Shown: positions 50,901-63,917 of the stretch, one piece after another
Position numbering within the stretch: the first letter of the stretch is position 1
Layout: each line of letters starts with the position of its first letter
DNA from: Gekko japonicus
Taxonomy: Eukaryota
Direction: 5' to 3'
Length of the DNA: 64,000 nt
Assembly: GCF_001447785.1 (NCBI RefSeq)
Contig: NW_015170891.1
Span: 171,427 to 235,426, forward strand
Position numbers and translations under genes: made by a program
Notes under the pieces: model-generated
Databases searched by the model: none
What the model saw: the letters and a program-made list of their open reading frames with translations, nothing else
Told to the model about the DNA's origin: nothing

Positions 50901-51004
50901 GTTCTCTTTTTTTCAGTTGTTGGATCATCTGCTGGTGGCTACTAGGCCAAACATACAAAGAAAGGTGAACAGGAGATGCCAGCAGTGGGGAAGGCTGGGT
51001 GGGA

Positions 51005-51100
51005 TTGTGGTACTGCACAGATACCACTCGAAGATCGTCAGTTACAGGTAAGCAACCTGTTTATCTTGATCGTGGTCTCTGTGCAGTCCCACACATGGGT
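51005..51100. repeat. DIRS internal complementary region (ICR)
   Basis: Left half is the reverse complement of 49817-49875; right half (TCTTGATCGTGGTCTCTGTGCAGT) is nearly the reverse complement of 55537-55560. Confidence 0.92.
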
Positions 51101-51228
51101 GATTACCAGAGCTGAACCAGTTGGATGAGGGAGCTGGTAGCTGCAAAAGACACAAAGAATACTGGTTAAGACACAGCATCATCAGTGAGAAAAAACACCC
51201 ACGGGTCCTATCAGGGGACACAGCAGGG

Positions 51229-53130
51229 TCAAGCGAAGAGAGATCGCAGCACCGACTGGCCGAATGCAGCATCCCGTCGAGCTCGAACATCGTGTGCATA
51301 GTGGGTCATGAAGGTCGATGCCGAGGACCATGTAGCAGCCGCACAGATGTCCTCCAACAGAACACCAGCCAGGAAAGCGGTGGATGTCGATACTGCCTGT
51401 GTAGAATGGGCAGTGACAGAGGTAGGGACGGATTGACATGCAAGCTCATAGCAAAGGACTATGGTGGAAGTCAACCATTTAGACAAGCGTTGAGAGGAAA
51501 TCGGCTCCCCGATATGAGGACGGCCATAGGCAAGGAACAGCCGAGGAGATTTATGTATAGGCTGAGTCCTATGTAAATAAAAAGAGAGCGCTCTGCGCAC
51601 ATCGAGGCAGTGGAGGTCTCTCTGAGGTGCATCAGTCGGATTCGGAAAGGAAGAAGGTAAGACAAACGACTGGGACAGGTGAAAAGCAGAAACGACTTTA
51701 GGCAGGAAAGAAGGATCTGGTCTAAGGACAACCTTCTCCTTATGAAAAATTGTATAGGGGGGATCAGCCCAAAAGGCAGCTAGTTCCCCTACTCTGCGTG
51801 CTGTAGTAATCGATATAAGGAAGGCAGTCCCGCCCTGCTTGTTTATGTAGTAAACGGTGGTGGTGTTGTCGGAGGCAATCCGAACGACTCGGCCTCGAAG
51901 CACCGGGAGGAAAGAGCAGAGAGTGAGATGAATCGCACACAGCTCCAGGACATTAATATGAAGGGTGGCCTCGCGACAAGACCAGGTCCCCTGCGCTGAA
52001 AGGATTCTACACTGGGCTCCCCAACCCCAGAGGGATGCGTCGGTGGAGATCGACACTTGCGGAGGAGGATGTCGAAAGGGCATGCCAGAGAGCAGGTGCT
52101 GAGGATGAGACCACCAGGCGAGGGAGTCGATGACAAAGGGTGGGATTGACAGGATTTTGTGCCACGGACTGCGGAGAGGGTCGAAGGCACGGAGAAGCCA
52201 CAGTTGGAGGGGACGCATCCTCAACCTGGCATTACGGATGACGAAGACAGTAGACGCAAAGTGTCCCAGGAGCCTCATGACGGACCGAGCAGACTGCCGG
52301 GGAGAGGTCTGGAACTGCGAGACCAAGGTATGTCGGAGGCCCTTGAGTTCGGGAGAAACGCGGTCTCAAGGTTGGTCTCGAGACGGACACCCAGAAATTG
52401 AAGGACCTGAACAGGTTGGAGAGATGACTTGGGTAGGTTTACATAAAGCCCGAGGGCATGAGGGAGAGACAGGGTCGTTTGGACATCTAGGAGGAGCTGG
52501 TCTTGGGTGGCAGCGACGAGAAGCCAGTAGTCGATATAGGGATACAGGGCAATCCCACGACGATGGAGGTCTGCAGCCACCACAGCCATCAGCTTGGTAA
52601 AAACCCTTGGGGCAGTACAGAGTCTGAACGGAAGAACTCGGTATTGGTAGTGTGCGTTGCCGACAGCGAAACGCAGGAACTTTCGACAGGTAGGTCTCAA
52701 TGGGGACGGAGAGTAACATGAAAATACGCGTCCAGGAGATCGACAGAGGTGAGCCATGCAGCCTTGGTAATCAGTGGAAGAATAGATTGTAGGGCAACCA
52801 TTTGAAACTTGTGGCATCGAATGTATCAATTCAGATCTTGAAGATCCATAATGGCCTTGAAGCCGCCATCCCTCTTTGGTACACGGAAATACTTGGAATA
52901 GAAGCCTAGGGTTCGTTGCGCCTCTGGGACTACTTCGATGGCGCCCTTGGCCAGAAGTGCCGAAATTTCGAAATGGAGGAGAGGATCGGGGGGGGGGGGG
53001 TGATGACAAAATCAGGCAGGTCGGGAGGCGAAATGAACTCTATGGCGTACCCGACCCGTAGGATGGTGAGGACGCAGGAATCAGTGGAAATTTCTTCCCA
53101 CGTTGACAGAAAAGGGAAGAGTTGGGTCCG
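51229..53130 (-). pseudogene. DIRS RT-RNase H and tyrosine recombinase remnants
   Basis: ORFs 52366-52719, 52275-53009 and 51229-52326; the latter two carry the RT, RH and YR motifs; several frameshifts and catalytic substitutions. Confidence 0.9.
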
Positions 53131-53176
53131 GATGGGAGGGGTGTACGACGGAGGAGACGGCAGGCGATCGAAGCGG

Positions 53177-55175
53177 TCAGGCAGACTGCTTGGGCTGCTG
53201 GGGTTTTTTAGGGGCCTGTTGGCGTGCCCTATTTGGGTAATGGGAGTTATAGGGCCTCTTTCTCCATTGGGAGGTGGGGGTGGGAGACAGCTGGCTCCTG
53301 GCATAATATGGTTTACAGGAACGGTGTCGAGGTCGAGACACCCAGGTTCCGAGCCTGCTTCCGACCATCATCCACGGCCTTCAAGGCCTTGTCAGTGGTA
53401 GAGTGGAAGAGACCTTCGCCATCGAATGGGAGGTCCTCAGTCCGAAATTTCACATCGGGCTGTAAAGAGGTACCTCTTAGCCAAGCATGGCGACGGAGGG
53501 TGGCGGAGGAGACAAGGACCTTTGAGGAGCAAGTGACAGCATGGCGGACTGAATTAATTTGCTGTTTTGAGAGATCGTACAAATTTCCGATAGAGCCCCC
53601 GACAACGTGGGACGGTGTTCCTCCGAAACAAACTCCAAGATGGGATGTACTGCATTAGCCACATTAAAAGCATAAACCGACAGATACGACAGGTAGGACA
53701 ATACGAAGATTCATAGAGGCGAAGGAATACGTCTTCGTGATAAGATCGACCTTGCTGCGACCCTCGCGGTCAGGAGGCGCAGAGTGGCGGACAGATTGCT
53801 TTGATTTCAAGGAAGAGTGTACCACCATAGAATTTGGTGGAGGCTGCCTAAAGAGAAACTTCCCTGAGTTCTCTTGGACCTTATAAAGAGCTTCGTATTG
53901 TCTGGAGACCGGGGGAATTGAAGCGGGATGGACCTAGGACTCTTTAAGGGCAGAAAGGTGGACCGGCAACAGAGGCAGGGCCATAGAAGGCGGGAGGTTG
54001 GCCTGAACAAGCTTGTGAACAACATTGGTCACAGCTGGGGATTCAGTGGAACCCTGGACCTGAAGCGCAGAGGCCATCCTGGTTACGAGTTCCAAATACG
54101 ATTTCCGGCCCTCAGTGGGGGAAATAGAACCTGAGCCCCGAGGCTCATCGTTGATGTGCGGAACATTGAGTTCTAGGTCTCCTGAATTTGAGTTGACGGA
54201 GATCAACATGGGAGAGGATGATCTCAGCAGTTGAGTGAGATCAGCCGGCATAGGGTCATCAACAGGGGGATGAAGCCCAAGTTCTAAGGGAGAACTCTTT
54301 GGGGCATCCCTAGGTCTTGAGAGCTCAGGAGGGTGGTGAGGAGCCCTGGAGCAGGTCGAAGTCACGGACCTAGAACGTCTGGTGTGATCCGAAATGCATC
54401 GATGCTCAGTACGTTCAAAGTGATGAAGCCGATCATAGTGGTGCAGCTGAGGAGTAGGAGACCTCGGATAGTAATAAGGATAAATAGTCAGGCCGATCTC
54501 GTTCATCAGGAGACCAGTATTGGTCGTCAGAAGGCGATCCCGAGGGGGAAGGCGACGGATGACGAATGAGACGTTTTTGATCACATCGAGAATGGCAGCC
54601 GACAGAATGCTCCCTGCCCTCCAAATCGTGGATCGGGGTACGGGTGTGTGAAGACGGAGATTGAGAGTCCCAGTGATATGACAAATCGGGAGGCGATCTC
54701 GTAGACTGACCCAGCAGAATAAGGCCAGACGCTGAAGAGAGCGTAGGCGGTGGTGTCGGAGGCCGCAAAGTGGACTTGTTAGGTACAACAGCCACAGTAG
54801 GAGTTGATGTCGTTAAGACGGTAATGACGACCAGGTCGACAGCCGAAGTCGAAGCCGATGTCGAGGGCTTGACTTTCGATTTTGACGGAGCCTTATCCTC
54901 AAGCCGTTTAGGTTTTAGCTTTGGTGCCTTCGGAGCCCCATCTGATCTTTGACAAACGGCTGAAGCCATGGTAGGGCGCAGAGCTGCCTCTAAAAGCACG
55001 GCCCTAAACCGAGCCTCTCTATTACGTCTAGCTAGCTTAGTAAAACTAGCGCAATGGACGCAGCTATCAACTCTATGGGATTCCCCCAGACAAAGAAGGC
55101 AAAAATTGTGACCGTCGTTCGAAGGAATTTTAGCTTGGCAACGAAGACACACTTTAAAATCTTAGTTTTGCCCAT
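53177..55175 (-). pseudogene. DIRS ORF1 (gag-like), frameshifted
   Basis: ATG at 55175; N-terminal Cys/His finger, Ser/Pro/Arg-rich linker, C-terminal LRRHAWLR..DLPFDGEGLF motif typical of vertebrate DIRS gag. Confidence 0.85.
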
Positions 55176-55724
55176 ACACTCTCCACCCCACCCACCAAAT
55201 AGGGGAGGGGGGAAAAGAACGAAAGTGAAGAAAGAAAGGTTTATTCTTTTTTAAAAAATATAAGTAGTGAGGAAAGAAGAGTAAAAAGACACAATGATGA
55301 AGAAATATCTAAGGCAAATACGGCTAAGGCAAATACGGCTAAGGCTAAGGCAAATACGGAGCGCAATAGAAATGAGGTGTGAACACACAGGCGGTTGAAG
55401 ATCTGAGTGGGAGGTGGCTCTCTCCCTCGCTCCAGGCATGCGCAGTACGTGCCTGCTCCCCAGGGCGGGAAGAGAGCCTGCGAAAAGCTTTCTGAGGCAA
55501 AGCTCTAGACGTCTCTGGTCGGGGTTGTGCGCAGGTACTGCACAGAGACCACGATGAAGATCACTTTTCACTCTTAAGAAGAGATATGGAGGATAGGTCA
55601 TTATTTTTGATACGTTCAAATGCATATTGTTTCATTTTTCACCACAATGGGATGTGGTGTTGGGATTGCAATATCCCCCCCCCCCCATTCAAGTCTGTGT
55701 AGTTCTTCAACAAACAAGAGTTCT

Positions 55725-55825
55725 GGGTGCGAAAATCTGTTAAAAGAGCTTGCTACAGCACCGATCGATCCAGCGCATGCACACTAGTTCCCATTGGTGT
55801 GAAGCACAGAGACCACGTCGAAGAT
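55725..55825 (-). mobile_element. Second, diverged DIRS terminal remnant
   Basis: GCACAGAGACCACGTCGAAGA at 55804-55824 repeats the terminus motif GCACAGAGACCACGATGAAGA at 55540-55560, preceded by GCGCATGC and CCCATTGGTGTGAA. Confidence 0.65.
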
Positions 55826-58800
55826 CAAGGAAACTCTCTTGAAATGCTGGATGGGGTTGAAAAAGCTTTTTAATGGACTTTGGAGGGAGATTTCACTGAA
55901 TCTCCTCAGAATTCTTTAATGATAGTCTCCAGGCACTTTTGTGATTTTGACACGGGGGTGGGTGCAAGCACAAAATGGCTGCCACAGGAGGCAGAGCCAC
56001 ACTCTTTGAGGAAGCCAAAGTGCAAGGGAGAAGAGGGGTGATTTTAAAAATACACTGGGAAAGAAAAGTGAGAGAATAAAAAGAACACTTTGGTGGCAGC
56101 TGTTGCTGAAACACCACCATTTAATCTGCATTTTAATCTTCTCACCAGTCAGAAACCTACCTGGACAAGAGCCCCACCTGGCCCCACAGTGCCCACAGGT
56201 GCCATATTGGGGATCCCTGATTTCTTCCCTCCTTTTACCCAAGACTGATTTTATTTTATGTTGTTAGGAAAATATGAACATCCACACTTTAATGCCCCAC
56301 AGAGAGTCACTGTTAGCAGCATGTCCCTTGGCGCAATATGGTGCACAGTTCTGCAAACTTCCTGTTTCTCGGCTTGCTGTCCTTGCCCACATCACTGAAG
56401 CTGAGATGAGGACAGACAGTGAAGACTGGATTTTAGAAATTGGGGCTCTTACTGCAGATTTATTCATGTGATCTGTTCTTCCCTGTCAAACAAGTCTGGT
56501 TTATTTTGCTCTGAAAATCCTGGCAATATCACAAAACCACCAGTAATAAATTGTGTCTGGGAGTTGGAGTTTAGCTTTTAGTGATTTGAAAGCCCAAGGG
56601 AGTCTCCACACATCTCCTTTGTGATGTGAGGTTTTAGCCAGTGGAATGGCTTCTGCTGCTCCTGTGAGGGATGAAATAGGAGAAGGTGACATTACAGAAT
56701 GGTGATTCTAGAATCATATGTTTTGTATCTTGGCTGGTAACTCAGCATAAATTGTTAATGTAAATTCAGGTTAGTAGGGAAGATTTTTTAACAGAAAAAG
56801 ATAAACTGCTGATTAATTCAGTATAGAACTCAATTACAAATTGAAAGGGCCACTGCGGGACTCCTGAACCCTAAAGACAACAGATGTTGAATTGATACTG
56901 TGGCATATTTCACACTGGTATGAAATATTAACATGGTTTATTGTACTTGTGGTGCAGGAAGTGAGAAAGAGGAAGCCAGGCTCACAGGCATATGTACTGA
57001 TACATTGTGAAAATAGCATAGGTTGAGCCAGCTGCAGTTGGAAAGCTTTAAGATATGGGTGTTTTACTGATAACGGAAAGAACAAAGCTCCAGTAAGCTT
57101 ACATTTCTTCTCTTTTGTTAACAACACAAATCATGCAATGCTGAATCCTTTTAAATGCTTGAAGGCAAGGAAGACACACAAGTCTTGGCTTGATTTGTAT
57201 CCTGCCAATTTCAGGTGCAATAAAAATTACTCTGTATACCTTGCAGTTTCAGTCACAGATGAGCCTGCTTCTTCCTGGTGAATAGTTTTCTTTTTTTAAA
57301 GCATTGCTTGAATGTGCAGTGCATCAAAGCCTTCCCTGGCACTGGAAAGATAAACCTACAAGATACATGGATGTATCAGGCATGCTTATGTTCTCTTGTC
57401 TTTAGCATGTAGAGAAGTTGAGCCCAGTTGTTTTCTCTTATGGTTGTTATGAGGCGCAAATGTGGGAAAGGAGGGGGTCATATATATATACTGCCCTGAG
57501 CTCTTTGGAAGAAGAAGGGTTACAAATGCCAATAAACCAGTAGTTGCTTGGGAGGTACAATAGCCAGACCTGGACTTTATTGCAGCAGCAGCAGCAGCTA
57601 GATTCCGTATGTCGGCTTACATTTAGATAATGGACACCTTTGGAGGCTTGCTAGAAGAAGCATCTGTAGATGTCCCAATACAGGTGTTTATAGTCATGGT
57701 GTCATGTTGCATGACTGGGTCCTTCATGATGGTAAGAGCTTATTGGTGGACTTTTTGAAGACCAGCCTGTTGCTCTACACAATGGGAGCTTTCAGCAGAA
57801 TCCTCTAATACTTTCATTATGGAAAAAATAGGAAGCTGTGCTACAGTAGCTTGCTCTTCTGTTCACATAACCTTGTGCGTCTTTCCCATGACCACACAGT
57901 CCCCATGCCATGAGCTCTGACAGATTAATCCTGCGAGAGCAGGGCATCTGCTTTCCCTCCCTCAGCCACCTGTAAGCATAAAGCAAAGATGCATGTGGTG
58001 TCTGGTCATAAGTAGGAATGTTTCATCTACCTTTTTTTCTTGTTTGGCCACAATATTAGGATGGGAAGGCAGAAAAGGGGAGCTGCGAGGGATGCAGTTT
58101 GGTGATAGGGAGAGCCTGGTTTTGCTGTTGTGGAATCTGTTGCATTGACAAGGTTACTTCTTCATTGTAACTCTAAAGGCAGCAAGTTGTGCAAATCTGC
58201 ACTATATGCTTGTGGATGTTTTACCCAGTTGCCTCTGGCTGTATAGACAGAGCAGCATAGTTCAGTGGGAAACAGTGCAGGGAGCAAGTGTAACCAGTTA
58301 ATATGAAGCAGCAACTATCTTGAAAATGTCTATGTACATGGCACTGTAGCACGAGTTTCATACTACAACCAAATATTATCCTGTGTATTAATGCAGTGTG
58401 AAATTTTTGGAGAGATTTTCAAAAAATGGTAAGGCTTATTAGCAGTTTTGGAGGAACAGAACAGTGTCAGTGCAAATATGGCAAGCCCATCTTTCAGAGA
58501 TATATATTCCCTCACCTGGTTCTAGAGCTGCCTGTGTTCAAGTGGGGTTGGGAGTTTTCCTGGACTTACAATTTATCTCAAGAGTAAAACGATTAGTTCC
58601 CCTGGAGAAAATGACAGCTCCAGAGGGTAGACACTACATCCAGATGTCCAGGAATTTTCCAACTCGTCGTCGTAAACCCTGCCTGGCTCAGAAACAAAAG
58701 CGACCCCCTCAGATTCAAAATACTTTGATTACAGAATGACTTGTTCAGTAGCAGGTTTGGCGTATTTGCAGTATACTTTCCAGTCTCTGAGAAGACAGCC

Positions 58801-59741
58801 TTCAATAGTCTGCAGCCACAGAAATGTGTGGCTTGACCATTTTCCATAAATAGATGAATGAGAGAAATAGTGTGCTTACACAAACCAGTCTTGTCCCAAA
58901 TAAGGACTGTGCTGGTAACTGTTTCAGACAGTTTTAACATTTCCTGAGTGATCACTCAAAAGCAAAGTAGGAACAAAGCAAAAACCTTGCCACTTCTAAT
59001 CAGTTTGAGGTTTAAGCCTCAAAACATTTTCTGAAGTGCATTCATTCCCTTCCCACTGCACTGTAGGAAGTATTGAGCATCAGAATGAAAGGTGCCTTTG
59101 CTAGTATTTCCCTATCGATTCCAAAGATGGTGCTTGGTTCACAGGCACATGCCAGATGTGAACCAACCTTTCCAGCCTTTCCTCTTTGGGATTCCCCCCC
59201 AAAAAAAACTGGAGGGGGGGCTGGACAGAAGAGACGGATCATGAAGCAGTCAAACTCTTTTGATTTGGAGTGGCTGCCTGGGGTCAGCTCCCTTCCAGAG
59301 CTTCCCAGTAGATTTAGTTTTGCTTCCCGTTATGTATTGATTGTGAGGAAATTTCTCCCAGAAGACAGGCGTATCCACATTTCTACACAATCAAGTCTGC
59401 CGATTACTCTTCCAAGGTCTAATTAGCCTTCTGTAAGACCTGGCATTCTTCATGCCTGGTCCCAAACTCCCAATACTTTTGTATAGATTTTTACTATGGC
59501 ACTAACATTCCCCTGGTCATGTCAGAGATACTTAAAGTAATTTGTACATTTTGCTTTTGGGGTACAAAAAGGGTGTTGAGCAAATTTCATTTGCACACAT
59601 TGGAACTGCAAAGAAGAGTTTAGGAGGAAACTGGATTTTTAGCAAGATGTAGCAGTTTAAAAGCAAACTGCTTTCAACATGTAGGTGACCTTTTGGTGCA
59701 CTCAGAATTGCTACCAATGGCATACAGTAATTGTTTGCAGA

Positions 59742-59982
59742 CTAGAGCCAGTGTTGTGTCATAGTTAGAGTGTCGTAGTTAGAGTGCCAGACTAGGATCT
59801 GGACTCCCAGGTTTGAATCCCCACTCTGCCATGCAAGCTTGCTGGATGACCTCAGACCAATTATATACTCTCTGCTTAACCAGTACCTCACAGGATCATT
59901 GTGTGGATAAAACCGAGAAGCAGAAAATGATGTAAGCTGCTTTGGGCCTGGGTGAGAGGGGCTAGATAAAAATATAAACAAA
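59742..59982 (+). mobile_element. tRNA-headed SINE (Squam3-like)
   Basis: GTAGTTAGAGTG..CCCAGGTTTGAATCCCCACTCTGCC head, ACCTCACAGG core, A-rich tail; related decayed copies on the minus strand near 18430-18570 and 23130-23340. Confidence 0.7.
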
Positions 59983-62900
59983 CATATATGAAAATTAGTT
60001 TTTAGGTTCCCAAACTGTTTTTAATAGGATAGCGTACCGCAGACACTCACATTATTTTGTCTGAGACATTCAGAAACATCAGTGAAGTGGTTCTCTCTTG
60101 AAAGCTTTTTGTAAGAAATTGTTGAACATTTGATACATCCTTGACCAGCCTTTTCCCTTGTAGAATGCTTGAAATTAAATTTGGGTGCTCTGCTCTCCCT
60201 GCTCTGCAAATCACTTAAGTGACTGGAGCTCTCTGGAAGACTAATGTAGAGAAGTTCTCTACCAGGGGAGGGCTATTTGGGACTCTTGCCACTGCAGTTG
60301 GAGAGAGGTAATCTATCAGTTTTGGAGTGTCTACAAAATGCAATTCTCCAGATAACGGGTTTAAAGTAAAGATTTAATACTGTTTCTATCTACTATGATG
60401 TTGCTGTGACAGTTTAAAACTCGTTCTCTAAATCTCAGCAGACTTTATAGCCAGCAGTGGGCCAATATAGAGTTTAATGGCATTACAACACATAAATCAT
60501 CTTTTAAAGATGCTACCAGTAGCTCCAAAATTAAATGCAGACAATCTCCTCAGTTATAAATAATTTATCAAACACCATTTCGGATGAGCCTCCATGCTGA
60601 GTTATTTATTTTAGCCTTTACTGTTCAATTCCTCAGACGCATTTTGAAAGATCCATTACTGGTCAGTTTAATGAACTTGGGGGTCTGCTGTGCCCCCCTC
60701 CAGCAGTTTGGCACAGCTGTGGTGACCATTACGTAGCTGGCCCGGACCTCTTTGTGCTTTTTACAAGTGCTGCCCATTTGTCATGTGGCGGTAAATGGAG
60801 GAGCACATTGGAGTCCTGGGACACATTGTGTGATGTAGCAATGGAGGAAGCCGAGCGGTCTATAAAGGGCTGCTTGTCACAGCTGACTTGTATTACAGTA
60901 CATCACTCTTACAGTAATCTCATTTAAGGAGCATCCGTGGACCCCAGAGGATGATATTCCCAGTTAGCTTGGTCTTTGCAACCATAAAGGAAGAAGTGCG
61001 CCTTTTATATACTCAGAAGTTTTAGAGGGGTTTTTTTTTTAAAAAAAGATTAATTATTACACTGCGTCATTTGTGCCACCATCGTTAAGACTGTGACTGT
61101 CAGCATTTTCATTATAAGCCTCTCGTGATTCTAAAAAAACTCACTTGGTGGGAGCTGGCATTTGGGGCTTGTATGCAGGACCAAGGTTTCTCAGTGCCAT
61201 TACAACCATCTTTTTGTGCAATAGTAATACTGTAGTACATGTGACTGCTCCTTTAATAGGAAGGAGGTGTTAAATCAAGTTTTTTAAAATGTTGCATGGG
61301 CCTGATGTGGCAAATCTTCCTTTGAAAGTATTTTAATTATATGGGACCTTGATAAATGAAATTTAGTTTCTCAGTACCTTAAGCAGTTTTAAAAACTCAA
61401 ATACTATTGAAATTGGCTAAAAGTTGAGCAATCTTCAAAGAAAGATAGAAAAAAAACCTGCACTGTTGATCCAAATTGTCATGTTGATTCCCCCCCCCTT
61501 AGTTTCAGATTTTTGTATCTGTTTTTGCTTGCTGTTGTACTGAATTATTTCTTGCTACACTGTTTTTTTAAAGACTAGGTTTAGCAGATTTTCATGGACA
61601 TGTCTGAATCATCCCTGGTATTACTGCATTTAATGAAAATTATTCTAGAATTAAGCAAGGTGCTGCCATACACCAGTCATTCACAGGGTGACCCCAGGCC
61701 AAAGCTTAATTTGAGAGTATTTGAAAAATTTCCTCTTTCATTTGGTTGAAGGATGTCTGGCTGAATGCAAACCTCTTGGTCTCTGTCCTAATTGAGCTGT
61801 GAGAATTTGGGGGCCTCCATAGGAAGCCCCTTGTGTGGAGGATCACTAGAGTGTGCTGAACATGTGCTGGGAAAAGGCACAATTGCACTTCAGGGGCCTC
61901 TTCAGCAATACTCATGCAGCTGCTGCTTAAATCTGAGAACCCCTTGGGATTAGAATGAAAATACACCCTGCAATCCGTATTCTCCTGTGGTGAAGCCTGA
62001 GGCTATGTCTGGAGGATTTATAGGAGATGGGAGGAGTTGCTGTTTGCCCTCTGGCTATTAGCTGAGCATTGAGCTAGAAGGAGCCTTGGCATGGGCAGCT
62101 CTGTAGGGTTAGGTAGTCTGAAGATGGATTGTTCTGGAGAAGCAGAAGTGGGCTTCCGAGAGCAAGGGTTCGGTAAGTGGTCAGCTGGAATGGAGAATTT
62201 CCCATACAGGGGAAGCAAGCCAGATCTTGAGGATACTGGCACTTTCAATCAGATTCTTCTACTGAGATATTTTAGCGATTAATACAGAATTATTCTAGGG
62301 GGGCTTTTGGGGTATGGTGGGAATTGCAAATTTAGGTTTAGTAAGAAACTTGTAAGTAGTTTGTTATTGAAGGGGAGTTGCCATTTTAGAAATCTTTAAC
62401 TGGACAAGCTTTAAAGACAAGCCCTTCACCACTAGCAAAATAATATGCAATTTAACCTTCTCCTGGCACTACTTAGAGGTTATAAGGAAACCCAGTTGTG
62501 CTTAGGAAACCATATGAACTGTGTGTGTCTGTAGTTCCACAGTGCTGTTATTCACTGCTGTGTTCCACAGATTCTTCCCAAAATACTAAAATCATAATTT
62601 GAAAACATTGCCATTTAGGCCAGAAATGCTTGTCCAGAAAAGTTACTGAAATACGAATTTCCTTTCTTCTTTGAGTCTGTAGAGGGTGCTAATGTAATGG
62701 GGAATTCCTTCCGTTTCCTGTTTATGGTAGAGGGTGGCACTTTATTAAGGGTATTTCTTGATGCACAGAATTGGTCACCAAATGCATCTGTTCTCTGCTG
62801 GAAAATCATCTATTAAAAGGATGACTGTGCAAGGTATTCAGAGGAGAGTTTGTTCTTGTATAATTTTTAAAGTGCAAGCTGTGGTTACCTGTACAGGATG

Positions 62901-63765
62901 TGTTGCTGAAGCAATTTAAACACTGTTTTGGTGGATTTTTTTTTAAAGTCAGATGGTCTGTTCCAATTTGTGTGTGGCCCATCTTTTGTTAGCTTTTATA
63001 AATTTGGGTTTTATTTTCTAAGAAAAACATCAGGAACAGTACATCAGGAAATACCTGTGATGGGACTTCTTCCTTGGCTGGGATCTTAACTACTAAAGTC
63101 TGTATCTGATCAAATAAGCAGTGGGAGGGGGAATATTGCAGATTTATATTGTCAAAAATAAGCAAGAGCTGAATACAATTACAAATGTGCAGCAACATTT
63201 GTCTGCACCCCTTTCACTGGGCAACAGAATAACAGATATGTTCATAGTTTTGTGCAGAAGTTGCTTACCTGCAGAATTGTTGCCTTACAAAGAGGGCGGG
63301 GTACATTTGAAGTTCAAGCTTAATGATGGTGGTGGCGGCAGCTGGTTGAATGCCAACTAGTAATGGTTTTGCCTGGGGTGTATAACTTGATAGTAAATGT
63401 TCACGCACAGGGTTTAGATCTGAACCATTCCTGTTGTGGGTTGATCCTGCTGAGCTGCTCAGGCATAGACGTAATTCAGTATGGTAATGATGCCGTGCAT
63501 ATACATGTACGTGTGTTTGCACTGGCATATTTGCAGGAATGGCAGTTCCATCTTCCCTCGAGTTACTGCCTTAATATTTCTCTGCCTGTTTGAAGTACCA
63601 GCTGTTTCTATAGAAGAGTCCCTCTGCCTTTCCCGTGTTTGTATTCTGTGATTTGCTGAAGGTGTGAAATACCTGAGAGTTTGTGTGTGATGAACAGCCC
63701 AGCATAACTGCTTGGAAGTGTGGGAGGACTGAGCCACTAATATTTGTTTGGAACTTTTTTTCCAG

Positions 63766-63917
63766 GAAGAGGAAGCCAAGCAGCTTGTGAGAGATGCCAT
63801 TGCAGCTGGGATATACAATGATCTGGGATCAGGCAGCAATATTGATCTGTGTGTCATAAGCAAGAACAAGCTGGACTTCCTCCGTCCTTATGACACACCG
63901 AACAAAAAGGGGGAAAG
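63766..63917 (+). CDS. PSMB7: PSMB7 exon 7 (exon 8 is outside the window)
   Basis: [50 protein letters not shown](R); ttccag| and |gtgagt; 152 bp. Confidence 0.98.

Larger units (their letters stand above)
49816..55560 (-). mobile_element. DIRS1-type tyrosine-recombinase retrotransposon, degenerate with an internal deletion
   Basis: Inverted terminal repeats about 49850-50036 and 55391-55560; ICR 51005-51100; gag zinc finger CLRC..DGHNFCLLCLGESH..CVHC; RT (TAPRVFTK, YPYIDY); RNase H (TDASLWGWGA, HINVLEL, SDNTT); YR (ARRVGEL, AHSTQ, ATW, HY). Confidence 0.95.

Noticed and set aside
55308-55358. Short direct repeats CTAAGGCAAATACGG resembling a spaced array
   Set aside because: Simple tandem duplication in the DIRS 5' UTR; no unique spacers and a eukaryotic context, so not CRISPR
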